From the IMG/VR virus record IMGVR_UViG_3300028591_000138, positions 36,722-100,721 of that record: DNA of 64,000 nt. One strand, 5' to 3'. This document shows positions 21,560 to 31,375 of this stretch, in pieces (within the stretch, counting starts at the first letter, position 1; every line of letters begins with the position of its first letter). Below the pieces are notes generated by a model. It saw only the letters and a program-made list of their open reading frames with translations, did no database searches and was not told where the DNA came from. The position numbers and the translations under genes were made by a program. The stretch is from a virus. Its lineage: Duplodnaviria; Caudoviricetes.

Positions 21560-22725
21560 TCACTGACAACCGCATTCCGAAAAATGTCTTACGTCGTCTC
21601 CATCAGTGTAATCGACAGTCCCTGCCGATATGTTTCCCAATCCTTCCTTGAGGATGTTCTTCGCGGCGTTGATGTCCCTGTCGTGGTCTGCGCCGCAATT
21701 CGGGCATCGCCACTCCCTCACGGACAAATCCTTGACACCGCTATATACGTAACCGCATTCGCTACACGTCTGACTTGAGGGATAGAATCTCCCTATCCTT
21801 ACGACCCGCTTGTCGTTCATGTCCGCCTTGTATTGGAGATACGAAACGAACGTCCCCCACGCGCGCAGTCCTGTATATGCTTGGCGAGAGTATGGTTGCG
21901 TATCATCCCCTTGACGTTCAAGTCCTCCAAGCATATTATGTCATACTTTCGGATTAAGTCGAGCGATACTTTATGTAAATTATCATTACGGCTGTTCGCA
22001 ATCTTTTCTTGAATCTTGGCAACCTTGAGTCTTTGTCTTTCGTACCCGTTGCTGCCATGTTGTTTCCTTGAAAGATGCCTTTGCGCAATCGCCAACTTCC
22101 GTTGGTATTTCCTTGTGTATCTGTTGTTTTTGTATAGTTTACCATCTGATGTAATGACAAAATCCTTGATACCCAAGTCAATGCCTGCATTCTTGCCGCT
22201 CTTCGCCATTGGCTCGTACATTTGTTCGGTCAGCAGACTGACATAATACTTGCCTGTGGTCGTCAGCGATATTGTCGCCGAATTGATTTTGCCGAGCAAT
22301 TCCCTGTGCTGCCTCACCTTGATGCCTTCCTTGAATTTCGGGAAGTACACTTTTCCGTCTTTCAGTTCCACGAACTGCGGAACGCTGAAACTGTTCCTCG
22401 CTTTCTTTGACTTGAAATTCGGGAACTTCGCGTTGCCCCTGAAAAAGTTCACATAAGCGGTTTCCAAATGACGCAAGGCGTGCTGGAGCGTCTGACTGTT
22501 TATTTCCTTCAGCCAAAGATGCTCGCCGTCCTTTTTGAGTTCGGTCAGTTTCCTTGCCTGTTCGTAATAATTTTCCGACTTGCGGGTTTCGTCATATTGG
22601 CGCTTGCGCTCGGAGAGGAAATGGTTGTACACAAAACGCACCGAGCCGAAATGCTTGGCAAGTAAAACTCTCTGCTCGGTGTTCGGTTCAAGTCTGAATT
22701 TGTATGTTTTGTATATGACCTTCAT
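21560..22725 (-). pseudogene. tnpB: TnpB split by a +2 frameshift near 21860
   Basis: HTH and GIDLGIK/CLEDL lie in ORF 21817..22725; the zinc finger and DRDINAA lie in ORF 21560..21934. The junction reads TGCGCGCGTGG instead of TGCGCGTGG. Confidence 0.88.
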
Positions 22726-22803
22726 ATATGATAAGTATCACTAATTTACAAAAAATTGCAAGTTTTTGTAAATATTTTTTACTAACTATTGCAAATATAC
22801 AAA

Positions 22804-22869
22804 TTTGCTTGTTCTATTGGGGAAGCATCGCCAGAAACAATCAGAAACTACATCGAAAACCAAGGTTAG
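22804..22869 (+). pseudogene. tnpA: C-terminal remnant of an IS200 Y1 transposase
   Basis: Translates to FACSIGEASPETIRNYIENQG*, the helix carrying the catalytic Tyr; the N-terminal part is missing. Confidence 0.75.
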
Positions 22870-22922
22870 TTTCAATTCATCCCCGAAACTGAAGATTTCG
22901 GGGTTTTCTTGAAACCTTTTAT

Positions 22923-23135
22923 AAAATCGAACCACCCGACTACCGTTACTACAACAGTAAGGTTGACCGTTACAAGAGGTTCCATAAATTCAACTTTCGC
23001 AAACAGCTCTTACATAAAAGATACGGTCTGCCGCTATCTATGACGGAACTTGAGATGGCAAGAGAACTTGGTTATGACAGGATATGGGATTGCGGGCTTG
23101 TAAAATATGTATACAAAAATCCGAATAATTGTTGA
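22923..23135 (+). pseudogene. C-terminal remnant of a homing endonuclease-like gene
   Basis: KIEPPDYRYY...RFHKFNFRKQLL...MTELEMARELGYDRIWDCGLVKY parallels the C-terminus of 49866..51350 (PSYWY...RYNLRK...RIYDCG). Confidence 0.75.
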
Positions 23136-23172
23136 TTGGCAACTATTTATTGTATATTAAATATTGATGTTT

Positions 23173-23613
23173 ATGGATAAAAAGAAAATAGCTGACGTGG
23201 TAATGAAACTGTTCCTTTATGGAGATGTGTGCAAGATGATACATTATTCCACTCCGAAGATGCACTGCCACAAGCTGTGCGACGAAGTGAGGGATAGTAT
23301 CACGACATTTGCTGACGATTTGGCTGAAAAGGGGTTTGGTATCACTGGCAAACCTGAGTTCGGCGATTTCTCGCTGAAACTTAACATCACAGTTTCCAAT
23401 GATATTGCAGTGGTTTGTCAGAATGTTGTTCATCTTGTCGATGAGTTGAGAAAGGACATTGCGGATGATGATAACTGGAGCGGTATTGTTTCAATTATAG
23501 ACGATTTCAAGGCGGAAATGTCCCAGAAGATTTATCTGGCAAACTTTGACGACGTGTCAACCAAAAGACTGGAGGAGGTTATAAGACGTGTAATAAAGAA
23601 GGTTTTAAAATAA
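23173..23613 (+). CDS. Ferritin/Dps-like four-helix protein (tentative)
   Basis: KMIHY....HCHKLCDE......DDLAE spacing resembles the Dps/ferritin-like helices A-B. Confidence 0.5.
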   Translation: MDKKKIADVVMKLFLYGDVCKMIHYSTPKMHCHKLCDEVRDSITTFADDLAEKGFGITGKPEFGDFSLKLNITVSNDIAVVCQNVVHLVDELRKDIADDDNWSGIVSIIDDFKAEMSQKIYLANFDDVSTKRLEEVIRRVIKKVLK

Positions 23614-23622
23614 GCTAATATT

Positions 23623-23724
23623 ATGAAAAGAGTTCTAAAACTCACTGAGAGTGATGTCAGAACCCGCTGGCGAATAATATCTGAAATAGAACGTTATTAT
23701 GGACAAGAAAAAGAAACATTTTGA
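23623..23724 (+). pseudogene. 33-codon relic carrying only the KRVLKLTESDV tag
   Basis: Manual translation: MKRVLKLTESDVRTRWRIISEIERYYGQEKETF*. Confidence 0.4.
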
Positions 23725-24175
23725 CTATACACCATATCTCAAAAGTCTGGCTGAATATTTCAACAAGGAATACAAAGTCAAACCGTTCCCAAAGGTGAAA
23801 CTGTCCAACCGCAACCAAGGGGATGACAAGGTTCTTATACGTACTGGCTACTATGACCCCAGCCAGAAGCTCATTATGTTGTTTATTAGAAATAGGGCAG
23901 TCAAAGATGTGTTACGCAGTTTTGCTCACGAGCTTGTGCACCATTATCAAAACCTGGAAGGACGTCTGAGTCCTGGTATGTATTCTGGTGAAAAAATCAT
24001 CGAGGATGACCGACTCATGAAACTAGAGGAAGAAGCTTATTTGAAAGGCAATATCATATTCAGGAGCTGGACTGAGAAGATTGAGAAAGAACTTGAAAGT
24101 GAGCCTACCGAACACATGCACAAATTGATAAAACTGAACGAAGAACAGGTTGCTCAGATAATTAAATTGAAATAG
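23699..24175 (+). CDS. Zinc metallopeptidase-like protein (HExxH)
   Basis: DVLRSFAHELVHHYQ with downstream LEEEAY; C-terminal KLIKLNEEQV tag. Confidence 0.7.
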   Translation: MDKKKKHFDYTPYLKSLAEYFNKEYKVKPFPKVKLSNRNQGDDKVLIRTGYYDPSQKLIMLFIRNRAVKDVLRSFAHELVHHYQNLEGRLSPGMYSGEKIIEDDRLMKLEEEAYLKGNIIFRSWTEKIEKELESEPTEHMHKLIKLNEEQVAQIIKLK

Positions 24176-24198
24176 AAAAGTGATTATGAACGGAAATT

Positions 24199-24232
24199 AA
24201 AAAAAGCGAACAATCAACGGTTCGCTTTTTTT
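24199..24232. terminator. Bidirectional terminator
   Basis: A7-GCGAAC...GTTCGC-T7 between convergent genes. Confidence 0.75.
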
Positions 24233-24243
24233 GCGATATCCTA

Positions 24244-25626
24244 TTAAACTTCCAAGTTTTTTGGTTTGTCTAATATATTGAAATCGCACAGTTCCTTGTG
24301 CACTGTCTGTTCCATATTACGGGTGAGACGGATGTCAATGTAATACCTGCCTGGCACTAGTTCGCTTGTATTCAAAAGGAAGTAATTTTCGTTATATCCG
24401 CGTTCGACTGGTTGCCACTTGATGATGTCAATCTCAGTGTTGCCCGCTTTTGTATACAGTCTGTATTCAAGACCGTCAACATGCACTTCCTGGCGTGATG
24501 TGTAAGCAACCTTACAGCTAACGTTGACTTTGCGAATGTCACCCTGTTCTAGCTGTTGTTTATTGTTGATGCCGAAAATAGCTGGTATAAACTGTTCCTG
24601 TTTTTGTGTTTCATACGGTAATCCAAATACAAAATAACCATCAGGGTCTTTCGTTGTGAAATAAAGTTCCTGTTTAGGTAAGCGGCGCCCGCGATATACC
24701 AGGTTATCCCAAACATCATAGAACATCGTCTCAGGCTTAGTGTTTTCACTTGACATCATAATGTCGATATAATACACACCCTTGGTAGCTTGTTTTACCT
24801 CCTTTTCCTGCCCGTTTATACTACATGTGGGTATTCTGTCCAGGTTTACCATTTGACCACCCACAGAGGCATAAAAATACAGTTTATTCTCTTTGTCTAG
24901 GAAGAAATTCGTCCTATCGTCCTGTATGGTATCGTTGTAGGTTGTTTCAAGATATGGGTGGAAGAATGTATGTGTGTGGTCAGTGAAAAAGCCGACATAT
25001 CTCAAATTCTCGAGCGATGTAGCTTCCAGCTCTGGCGCAAATGCTATGCCTATACCGTAATTTTCGAGTCTTCCCATTATCATGTCGTTGACTACATCGG
25101 TTAAATCAACTTCAATAGATTCGTTTCCAACGTCGAAATGCTGGGTTGCAATCACGTGTGGTAATATGTCATCCGCCGAATACACACCATTGTTATCCCA
25201 AGCTTCAGTGTTGGTTGCCATATACCAGTTGGAGCCTTGTGTTGAATAAATCCTGTTGATGATGTCATACCCATCCATAAGATAGTCAAAACCGCGACCC
25301 ATATCCCAGTCTTTGTTGATGAGGAAGAATATCAAATCAAAAGACGATGCGCGCTCGGCGTTGTTGTAGCGGTTGTATATCGTTTGGTAGTTAGTTCTTA
25401 ATCCAGCAACGTTCTGCATTTTCAATACGTGGTGCATTTTCTTAATGTCAGGGTATGTACGGTCGGTCAAGAGATTTCTAAGTTTAGTGACATCAAAATG
25501 TATCAAACCTCTCGTGACGGGCATGCCGTAATAGAGTTCCAGTATTGGATTAAGTCCGATGTTGACACTGTCACCTTCAATGATAGTGTTTGATTTATCG
25601 AGAAAGGTATGGGTTACAATAGCCAT
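24244..25626 (-). CDS. Putative virion structural (baseplate-region) protein
   Basis: 460 aa beta-rich ORF with TATTTATT upstream, adjacent to the hub-like gene. Confidence 0.5.
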   Translation of the reverse strand: MAIVTHTFLDKSNTIIEGDSVNIGLNPILELYYGMPVTRGLIHFDVTKLRNLLTDRTYPDIKKMHHVLKMQNVAGLRTNYQTIYNRYNNAERASSFDLIFFLINKDWDMGRGFDYLMDGYDIINRIYSTQGSNWYMATNTEAWDNNGVYSADDILPHVIATQHFDVGNESIEVDLTDVVNDMIMGRLENYGIGIAFAPELEATSLENLRYVGFFTDHTHTFFHPYLETTYNDTIQDDRTNFFLDKENKLYFYASVGGQMVNLDRIPTCSINGQEKEVKQATKGVYYIDIMMSSENTKPETMFYDVWDNLVYRGRRLPKQELYFTTKDPDGYFVFGLPYETQKQEQFIPAIFGINNKQQLEQGDIRKVNVSCKVAYTSRQEVHVDGLEYRLYTKAGNTEIDIIKWQPVERGYNENYFLLNTSELVPGRYYIDIRLTRNMEQTVHKELCDFNILDKPKNLEV

Positions 25627-25668
25627 AATTAAATAACATTAGATATATAATAAATATCTTAATGTTAA

Positions 25669-26556
25669 TTAATTGACATGAATAGCTTTCGACAACATTT
25701 CATCCAGGTTTGTATCCAGGAGATTGTTGTCCTGTTCGCTTAAATCGGGCGGCTCGTAAGCAAATGCGTGGTCATGTGTCCTGAACAGTTCGATGAACTT
25801 TTTCAAGAAGTTAACCAATTCATCACCATAGATAACTGGGTGGGCGCTGGACAAGATTTTTATCAGTTCTTGTTCAGCTCCGCTATTATCACCGTCTTTC
25901 TTGTCAGCCAGGAGTTTATCATAAAGATTGTAAACCTCTTTAGAATCACGGGACAGGAGGTTTATTCTGTCCGCAACAATATTGATGACGGAGTTTAATT
26001 CCTTACCGTCATTATCCTTCATCTTCTGGTATTTCAACTGTATGTAAGCTGGGTCAACGCTGTTAAAATGGAGACATTGGCTTTTGGCACCGTCAGGGTT
26101 TTGTTTTATACCACATCTAATATCTAACTCATGGTCTTTCAGAATTATATCCGAGTTGCTACGTCCTAATATAGCAATATCTTTTTGTTCAGGTAGCGTC
26201 CCTTCGTTCTCGGGGTCGGTGTCTGGTTTTGGAAAAGGTTTAGACAAGCGGTCTTTGAACATGTTTGACGCACTGATGTCCATTGAGTCTTTGCTGAGTA
26301 AATTGAACTGGGATATAATAGGACCGATATAGAAGCGGTTGGACTTGGCAGCTCCTTTTTGTTGGAGTACAATCAGAACCATTTCTCCAACTTGTGGATA
26401 AACATGCACCAGTTTGGGAAGTAATGGAAAACAGTACGGCAGCTCTTCGTCTGGTATATTACCGTCCAGTCCGTTGAGACGTACCTTTATCCTACGTCCT
26501 TCGTTTTCGTCAATTGTGCTTATAACTCTCCCCTCTTTGAGTGTAAATTCATCCAT
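25669..26556 (-). CDS. Baseplate hub/spike protein with gp5-like N-terminal OB fold
   Basis: GRVISTIDENEGRRIKVR...PYCFPLLP...PQVGEMVLIV; C-terminal HDH. Confidence 0.65.
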   Translation of the reverse strand: MDEFTLKEGRVISTIDENEGRRIKVRLNGLDGNIPDEELPYCFPLLPKLVHVYPQVGEMVLIVLQQKGAAKSNRFYIGPIISQFNLLSKDSMDISASNMFKDRLSKPFPKPDTDPENEGTLPEQKDIAILGRSNSDIILKDHELDIRCGIKQNPDGAKSQCLHFNSVDPAYIQLKYQKMKDNDGKELNSVINIVADRINLLSRDSKEVYNLYDKLLADKKDGDNSGAEQELIKILSSAHPVIYGDELVNFLKKFIELFRTHDHAFAYEPPDLSEQDNNLLDTNLDEMLSKAIHVN

Positions 26557-26722
26557 TGTTGCGTTTGTCCAGTATTTTCTTTATTTTGTCATATTCTTCC
26601 CCGAGAGATATCATATTCGTAAGAGCCTCGTTGTAAATTTTCTGATATTCCAGAAATTGAATGTTCAGTGCATTCATTTTCTGTTCAAGTTGTTCGTTTG
26701 TCAAATTCTCATAATTTTCCAT
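26549..26722 (-). CDS. Small coiled-coil protein (57 aa, missing from the ORF track)
   Basis: MENYENLTNEQLEQKMNALN...KRNNG*; fills the gap in the operon. Confidence 0.6.
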   Translation of the reverse strand: MENYENLTNEQLEQKMNALNIQFLEYQKIYNEALTNMISLGEEYDKIKKILDKRNNG

Positions 26723-26728
26723 ATACCA

Positions 26729-27175
26729 CTATCGTATAAGTCCATTTATTTCTGGCATGTTAATATTCTGTCCTGTAATTACAACAGGACCACCCGCATT
26801 GCCGCCCTGACCTGTTATGGTTATCTGCCCTATGTCAATAGAACCTTGGACGACCGCGTTGTCGTGGATTTCCTTAATCAATTCCTCGCTTACAATCTTA
26901 ACAAACTGGTTTACCATGTTTTCTTTACCGTCCTTACCAGTGCCTGTATAAATGCCAGCTTCAGGCAATCGGGCTATAATAGCAGAAGTTAACGAGATTG
27001 CTGATAAGCCTGGGCGGTTCATGATTTCACAAAGAAGCAGGATTGACGGTATCTTGTTAAGTTTTGACAGAGGTTGACGAACCTTTTCCATGACACCGTT
27101 TATTGTGTCGGCGATTTTACTTATCCAAGTACTTGAACCACCTTGCATGTTATTTTCTATTTCACTGAAATCCAT
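26729..27175 (-). CDS. Hypothetical protein
   Basis: 148 aa ORF in a tightly packed operon. Confidence 0.6.
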   Translation of the reverse strand: MDFSEIENNMQGGSSTWISKIADTINGVMEKVRQPLSKLNKIPSILLLCEIMNRPGLSAISLTSAIIARLPEAGIYTGTGKDGKENMVNQFVKIVSEELIKEIHDNAVVQGSIDIGQITITGQGGNAGGPVVITGQNINMPEINGLIR

Positions 27176-27181
27176 ATTCGT

Positions 27182-29344
27182 TTAACATTCTTGGTTTATT
27201 GCTTCGCTAGCTTCCGTTATATCAGCATAAGTAACGTCATCCTGTTTCCAGTCACGCTCGTTGCGGCGTAGTTTGATACACTGAACGCATTTCAAGAGTA
27301 AACTGATGTAATACTGATATTGTTCAATTGTCATCTTGATAGCCAGCTGTGATGCCAGTTCCTTAATTATTGTCAGAACTTCGTTTCTAAAGAACTCCAT
27401 GATTTCATCCCTTACACCCCTGATGAGTGAATTGATTAGGTCACGGAACTGTTGCATGAATTTGTTCATGTCGAAACTGGGACTTTGTCCGACAACCTTA
27501 AGGTTCATCATGAGTAGTATGTACACTTTCGGTGACATAATCACCATTACGATGATATAAACCAACTTGGACAACAATTGGTCTACAATGCTAAGATTGG
27601 CGTTAGCTGTAACGTCAAATCCCAAGGCTGTGTTAAGGTTGAGGGAATAGTTAACTGTTCCTGGGTCATGTGGGTTCATCGACGACATAGCCTGAAATAC
27701 CGACCCTTTAATTACAGACTGTAGTTCTTCCTTGGATGCATTGCTGCTGAGTTCGTTCAGTGAAGACATGATGCTTGCAGGAGAGGGTATTTCACTTGCG
27801 TTAATACCATCAAATGTCTGCAATCCCGCACGGTTCATGTCAACTTCCTGTAGTAGGGCGTTGTATGTATCGTTGGTAAAAGAGAAGAAACAGTCGCTAA
27901 TGACAGATTCATCGGTCTCTATTATCTTGGTTACCAATTCTCTCAGTTGAGCTTGAACAAACTGTTGTTGGATGGATATGTTTATATTGCCATTTAAACT
28001 AGCACCAACATTACCAGTTGCATCTATACCACTTCCATCGGTCGGACTGAACTTTAAACAGTTGGTAATAGCATCTAAAAGTTGTGCTGTTACAACCTTT
28101 TCGTCAAATAATTTCATCGACATCACAAAATCTGTGTTGAATTCAACCATCGGATGTAGATAATAATAGTTTGACTCTGGTGAAGGCCATCCACTTTCAG
28201 AAAACTCATCTATTGCCTGGATTGCTCTTATTTTTTTGTTCTCTTCAATTGGTAAACTTGTTTCGAACAGTTGCGGTGGTATGACAATATCGCGGTCAAT
28301 GTTTGCAAAATGGTGGACGGCTACGTTATTCAACGCATGGGATATATCTTGACCGTCAGCGCCGTATATAGCATCCTTGATTTGGTTGAGACGTCCTTTG
28401 TCAGCTTCAGCATCGGCAATGAAAGAATTTAACAGTTCTGGATTGGAAATACCATTTTCAATAGCCTCCGTCTGTGACACTTTCAGCCAGTTATCAGTTT
28501 CGTTGTAATACTGGTCAACGGTCTTTAATAGATTGTTTAATGACTTAATATTTGCTGTAGCTTGAGCGACGTCTTGCATTAATAAATCTTTGTTATTGAT
28601 GGGCGCGGTGCTGCCAAAGAAAACATGAATGCAATTTTCCATGGGTTCCTGCACATAATACGGCAAATGTTCACAGTCCCATAAACTAGACGAACGGTTA
28701 CTGTACTCCAATGTTACAATACCGTTACTCTTTGCCTGTTTCGTCCATTTAATATGTTCACCGATATGCCGTTCCTGTACATTGTATGGCGGGTCGCTTT
28801 CACGGTCTTTTTTGCGGCGCCACACAACTCGTTCCGCGGGAGAGTTTTTACAATACCACAAAACAGCATTGAAGTCCTCAGAATATTTGACGTCATCTAG
28901 AATTTCAAAATCTGGTGCATCACACCCAAAATAATAGTATCGTCCTGGGTTGTTTTGGTTTCTGTCTAACGGCGAATATGCGAATATGTTGAACAAATCA
29001 ATTCTGTTCATATCAAACACCACACCTTCGCGAATCATCTCTTTGGATATGATGGGTTTGATGGAACACGAAAGCATTGCCTGTATGTTTGACAACAATA
29101 TTCCCTTGACCGCCACTTCCAGTACAGGCAATTGTGTTGCAATGAATTTCGACAAAATGTCCACTAAAGTATCATACCCCTTGGTGGACTTGAAAAAATC
29201 AACAAGCAAGTCAATGGGATTTGCCGCAATGTTAGCCGACAATAAAGTATTAGTCTCAGAGGTTTCAGGATACATGTCCAATGCAGTCATGAGTCCTGTT
29301 ACCTTCGACATTGCTTCCTCTTTGATTTGCTTCGATGATGCCAT
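27182..29344 (-). CDS. Large hypothetical protein, possibly structural
   Basis: 720 aa ORF coupled to its upstream neighbour. Confidence 0.6.
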   Translation of the reverse strand: MASSKQIKEEAMSKVTGLMTALDMYPETSETNTLLSANIAANPIDLLVDFFKSTKGYDTLVDILSKFIATQLPVLEVAVKGILLSNIQAMLSCSIKPIISKEMIREGVVFDMNRIDLFNIFAYSPLDRNQNNPGRYYYFGCDAPDFEILDDVKYSEDFNAVLWYCKNSPAERVVWRRKKDRESDPPYNVQERHIGEHIKWTKQAKSNGIVTLEYSNRSSSLWDCEHLPYYVQEPMENCIHVFFGSTAPINNKDLLMQDVAQATANIKSLNNLLKTVDQYYNETDNWLKVSQTEAIENGISNPELLNSFIADAEADKGRLNQIKDAIYGADGQDISHALNNVAVHHFANIDRDIVIPPQLFETSLPIEENKKIRAIQAIDEFSESGWPSPESNYYYLHPMVEFNTDFVMSMKLFDEKVVTAQLLDAITNCLKFSPTDGSGIDATGNVGASLNGNINISIQQQFVQAQLRELVTKIIETDESVISDCFFSFTNDTYNALLQEVDMNRAGLQTFDGINASEIPSPASIMSSLNELSSNASKEELQSVIKGSVFQAMSSMNPHDPGTVNYSLNLNTALGFDVTANANLSIVDQLLSKLVYIIVMVIMSPKVYILLMMNLKVVGQSPSFDMNKFMQQFRDLINSLIRGVRDEIMEFFRNEVLTIIKELASQLAIKMTIEQYQYYISLLLKCVQCIKLRRNERDWKQDDVTYADITEASEAINQEC

Positions 29345-29733
29345 TATTTAAGTGTGTATTCAAGTGGTTTATTTTCTTCGATGGAGGTAGGGATGTCAGC
29401 CACCACGTCCTCCCAGTTGTCTGGAACAGCGCCTTCAGTGAAACCTTGCTGTCCGTTACCGCTGCGCTTCAATACTTCAGCCATAGCTTTAGCAACCTCG
29501 AGTTTGCGACCGATAGCTTTGTCTTTTGTTGAGATAAAGTCGTTGATTGCTTTGGCGTATTTGCTTTTGCCGTCAATAACTTCCTCGTTCAGGTTGGTTG
29601 ACATTTCGATTTTGTTAATGAGACGCTGGGCTTCCTCAACGTTTTTACACGCCTCGTTGTAGATTTCCTGGAGCAGTTCCTGTAAGTTATCTTGATTGTC
29701 TAGCTTTATTTTAAATTGTTTCGGAGCTTTCAT
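29344..29733 (-). CDS. Hypothetical coiled-coil protein
   Basis: 129 aa ORF. Confidence 0.6.
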   Translation of the reverse strand: MKAPKQFKIKLDNQDNLQELLQEIYNEACKNVEEAQRLINKIEMSTNLNEEVIDGKSKYAKAINDFISTKDKAIGRKLEVAKAMAEVLKRSGNGQQGFTEGAVPDNWEDVVADIPTSIEENKPLEYTLK

Positions 29734-29771
29734 GTTCTAATTTTTTTAGTTAACTATTTGTACTATAATAA

Positions 29772-30575
29772 TTAGTCCTGATTTAATATTTGGTCTTTCA
29801 TTTTGAAGTATGCTATTGCAAACTTTTTCTTTGCATCGCGTATTTGTTTAGTTGACAGGAAGGTTGTCTCCTTGATATATGCATCAATACTGCTCTTGGC
29901 ATATTTTTTGGTATTCAGTTCACTGAAAATGTCATCCCAATTAGTAAGAACATTATACAATGCTTGACCGACTTTAACATCAGATTCGTTGAGTTTGTAT
30001 TTGTTCGGCTCATCCAACATTTTCACAATTTCTTCAGCCGCGTTGCTGACCATGATTTGCGGAAAAGTCGGTTCCAATAGTTTTTCGTTAGCAATACGCA
30101 TGTCTGGATGGATTTCATTATACATGGTATCATATGAAATGTTCTTCTGGAGACTTTCCTGGGCTTTCTGTCTTTTGTGAAGCACATAGTTCTTACAGAT
30201 GGTGCCACAGTATGAGTAAGCCTTTTTGTTTTTAGTTGGGTCGAATCTGTTGACTTTGGATATAAGATGTGACATCGCATCATTGAACGTATCATCAAAT
30301 TCCTCACCAGGTGTAAAAAGTGTGTATCGCCTGATAATGGATTCTACCATTTTAGTGAAAGCAGGATACAGCGTCTCGTTAAAGACACGGTTCCTGAACA
30401 CCTCGTCATCACTCTGGCAGTATTGTTTGAATAACTCCTCTTCGGTTTCTGAGAAGTACATCTTCTTTTTGTTGGGATTGGGTTTCCGTCCCCTTTTTTT
30501 AGGCGTTTGACCCTCGGGAACAGGTGACGGCTGAACCGCCACCTCTGGTTCCTGGGTTGTTTTTTTCTTTGCCAT
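29772..30575 (-). CDS. Phage sigma-factor-like protein (late sigma candidate)
   Basis: Sigma region 2-like segment LYPAFTKMVESII...DAMSHLISKVNRFDPTKNKKAYSYCGTICKNY. Confidence 0.65.
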   Translation of the reverse strand: MAKKKTTQEPEVAVQPSPVPEGQTPKKRGRKPNPNKKKMYFSETEEELFKQYCQSDDEVFRNRVFNETLYPAFTKMVESIIRRYTLFTPGEEFDDTFNDAMSHLISKVNRFDPTKNKKAYSYCGTICKNYVLHKRQKAQESLQKNISYDTMYNEIHPDMRIANEKLLEPTFPQIMVSNAAEEIVKMLDEPNKYKLNESDVKVGQALYNVLTNWDDIFSELNTKKYAKSSIDAYIKETTFLSTKQIRDAKKKFAIAYFKMKDQILNQD

Positions 30576-31375
30576 TACTTTAATTCGTCATCCTTTACAT
30601 TTATTATGTCTTTGTGGCGGTCTTCGTCAAACATACATTCACGCTTTGCTAACTCAAACCACTTCTGACTATCGTCTGCAGTAATTTCCTCTGCATAGTG
30701 TGCTATCAAACTACCGTCACGGAAAATGGTGTGGTAGTAGCCTTCCTTGGGTACCACATAGATGATTTGCTTTTTGCTACGAGTTGCTCTGAGCAAATAT
30801 TCGTAGTTAAATGCCACCTTAATCGACGGTTTGTATCCAAGCCAGTCGCTGGTCTTGAATATACCGCCCGTCAAGTTGAATGCAGCGGTGTTTTCAAGAC
30901 AGTCGCCGTCAACAATCCCAACTTCATTGGAGAACGACGACGCCCAGATGATATCGTTCATGAACTCGCGTTCATTAGTCTTGGGGTTGTGAACAACATT
31001 GATTGGAAGGAAAACACTGACATCCTCATGAGTATTGTAGTATTCATCAAACATCTTAAACCATTTCAAACTGTAGTGGTCGTCAACCTCGAATATTGAG
31101 AAAAATTCAGTTTGAACCTGCTTGGCTCCGAAATTTACCTGCGAACAATAATCCGTCTCACCTGGGTTGCGGACAATACAGTCTGTGTCGGGATTTAACC
31201 AACATGATATATCATCACTGTTGGTGTAGAGGCTGTTTGGTATAACAACCATAATCCTGATACTGACATCTTCGGGTTTTTCCATTGAATTGATGTTTGA
31301 TATCGCTTTCTGCAACATCTCTTTCATTTCCACGGTTTCCTCGTGGACTGGTATCATAACTGTAATGTCTTTCAT
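30575..31375 (-). CDS. GT-A (family 2-like) glycosyltransferase
   Basis: DITVMIPVH start, then NPGETDYCSQVNFGAKQVQTEFFSIFEVDD. Confidence 0.75.
   Translation of the reverse strand: MKDITVMIPVHEETVEMKEMLQKAISNINSMEKPEDVSIRIMVVIPNSLYTNSDDISCWLNPDTDCIVRNPGETDYCSQVNFGAKQVQTEFFSIFEVDDHYSLKWFKMFDEYYNTHEDVSVFLPINVVHNPKTNEREFMNDIIWASSFSNEVGIVDGDCLENTAAFNLTGGIFKTSDWLGYKPSIKVAFNYEYLLRATRSKKQIIYVVPKEGYYHTIFRDGSLIAHYAEEITADDSQKWFELAKRECMFDEDRHKDIINVKDDELK

Larger units (their letters stand above)
21520..22920 (-). mobile_element. Non-autonomous IS200/IS605-family element (frameshifted tnpB, tnpA remnant)
   Basis: Subterminal hairpins CACCGAAACTAAAGATTTCGGTG (21528-21550) and CCCCGAAACTGAAGATTTCGGGG (22881-22903). 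The right end reads ...GTTCAC and the left end is preceded by TTTAT on the minus strand. Confidence 0.85.
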
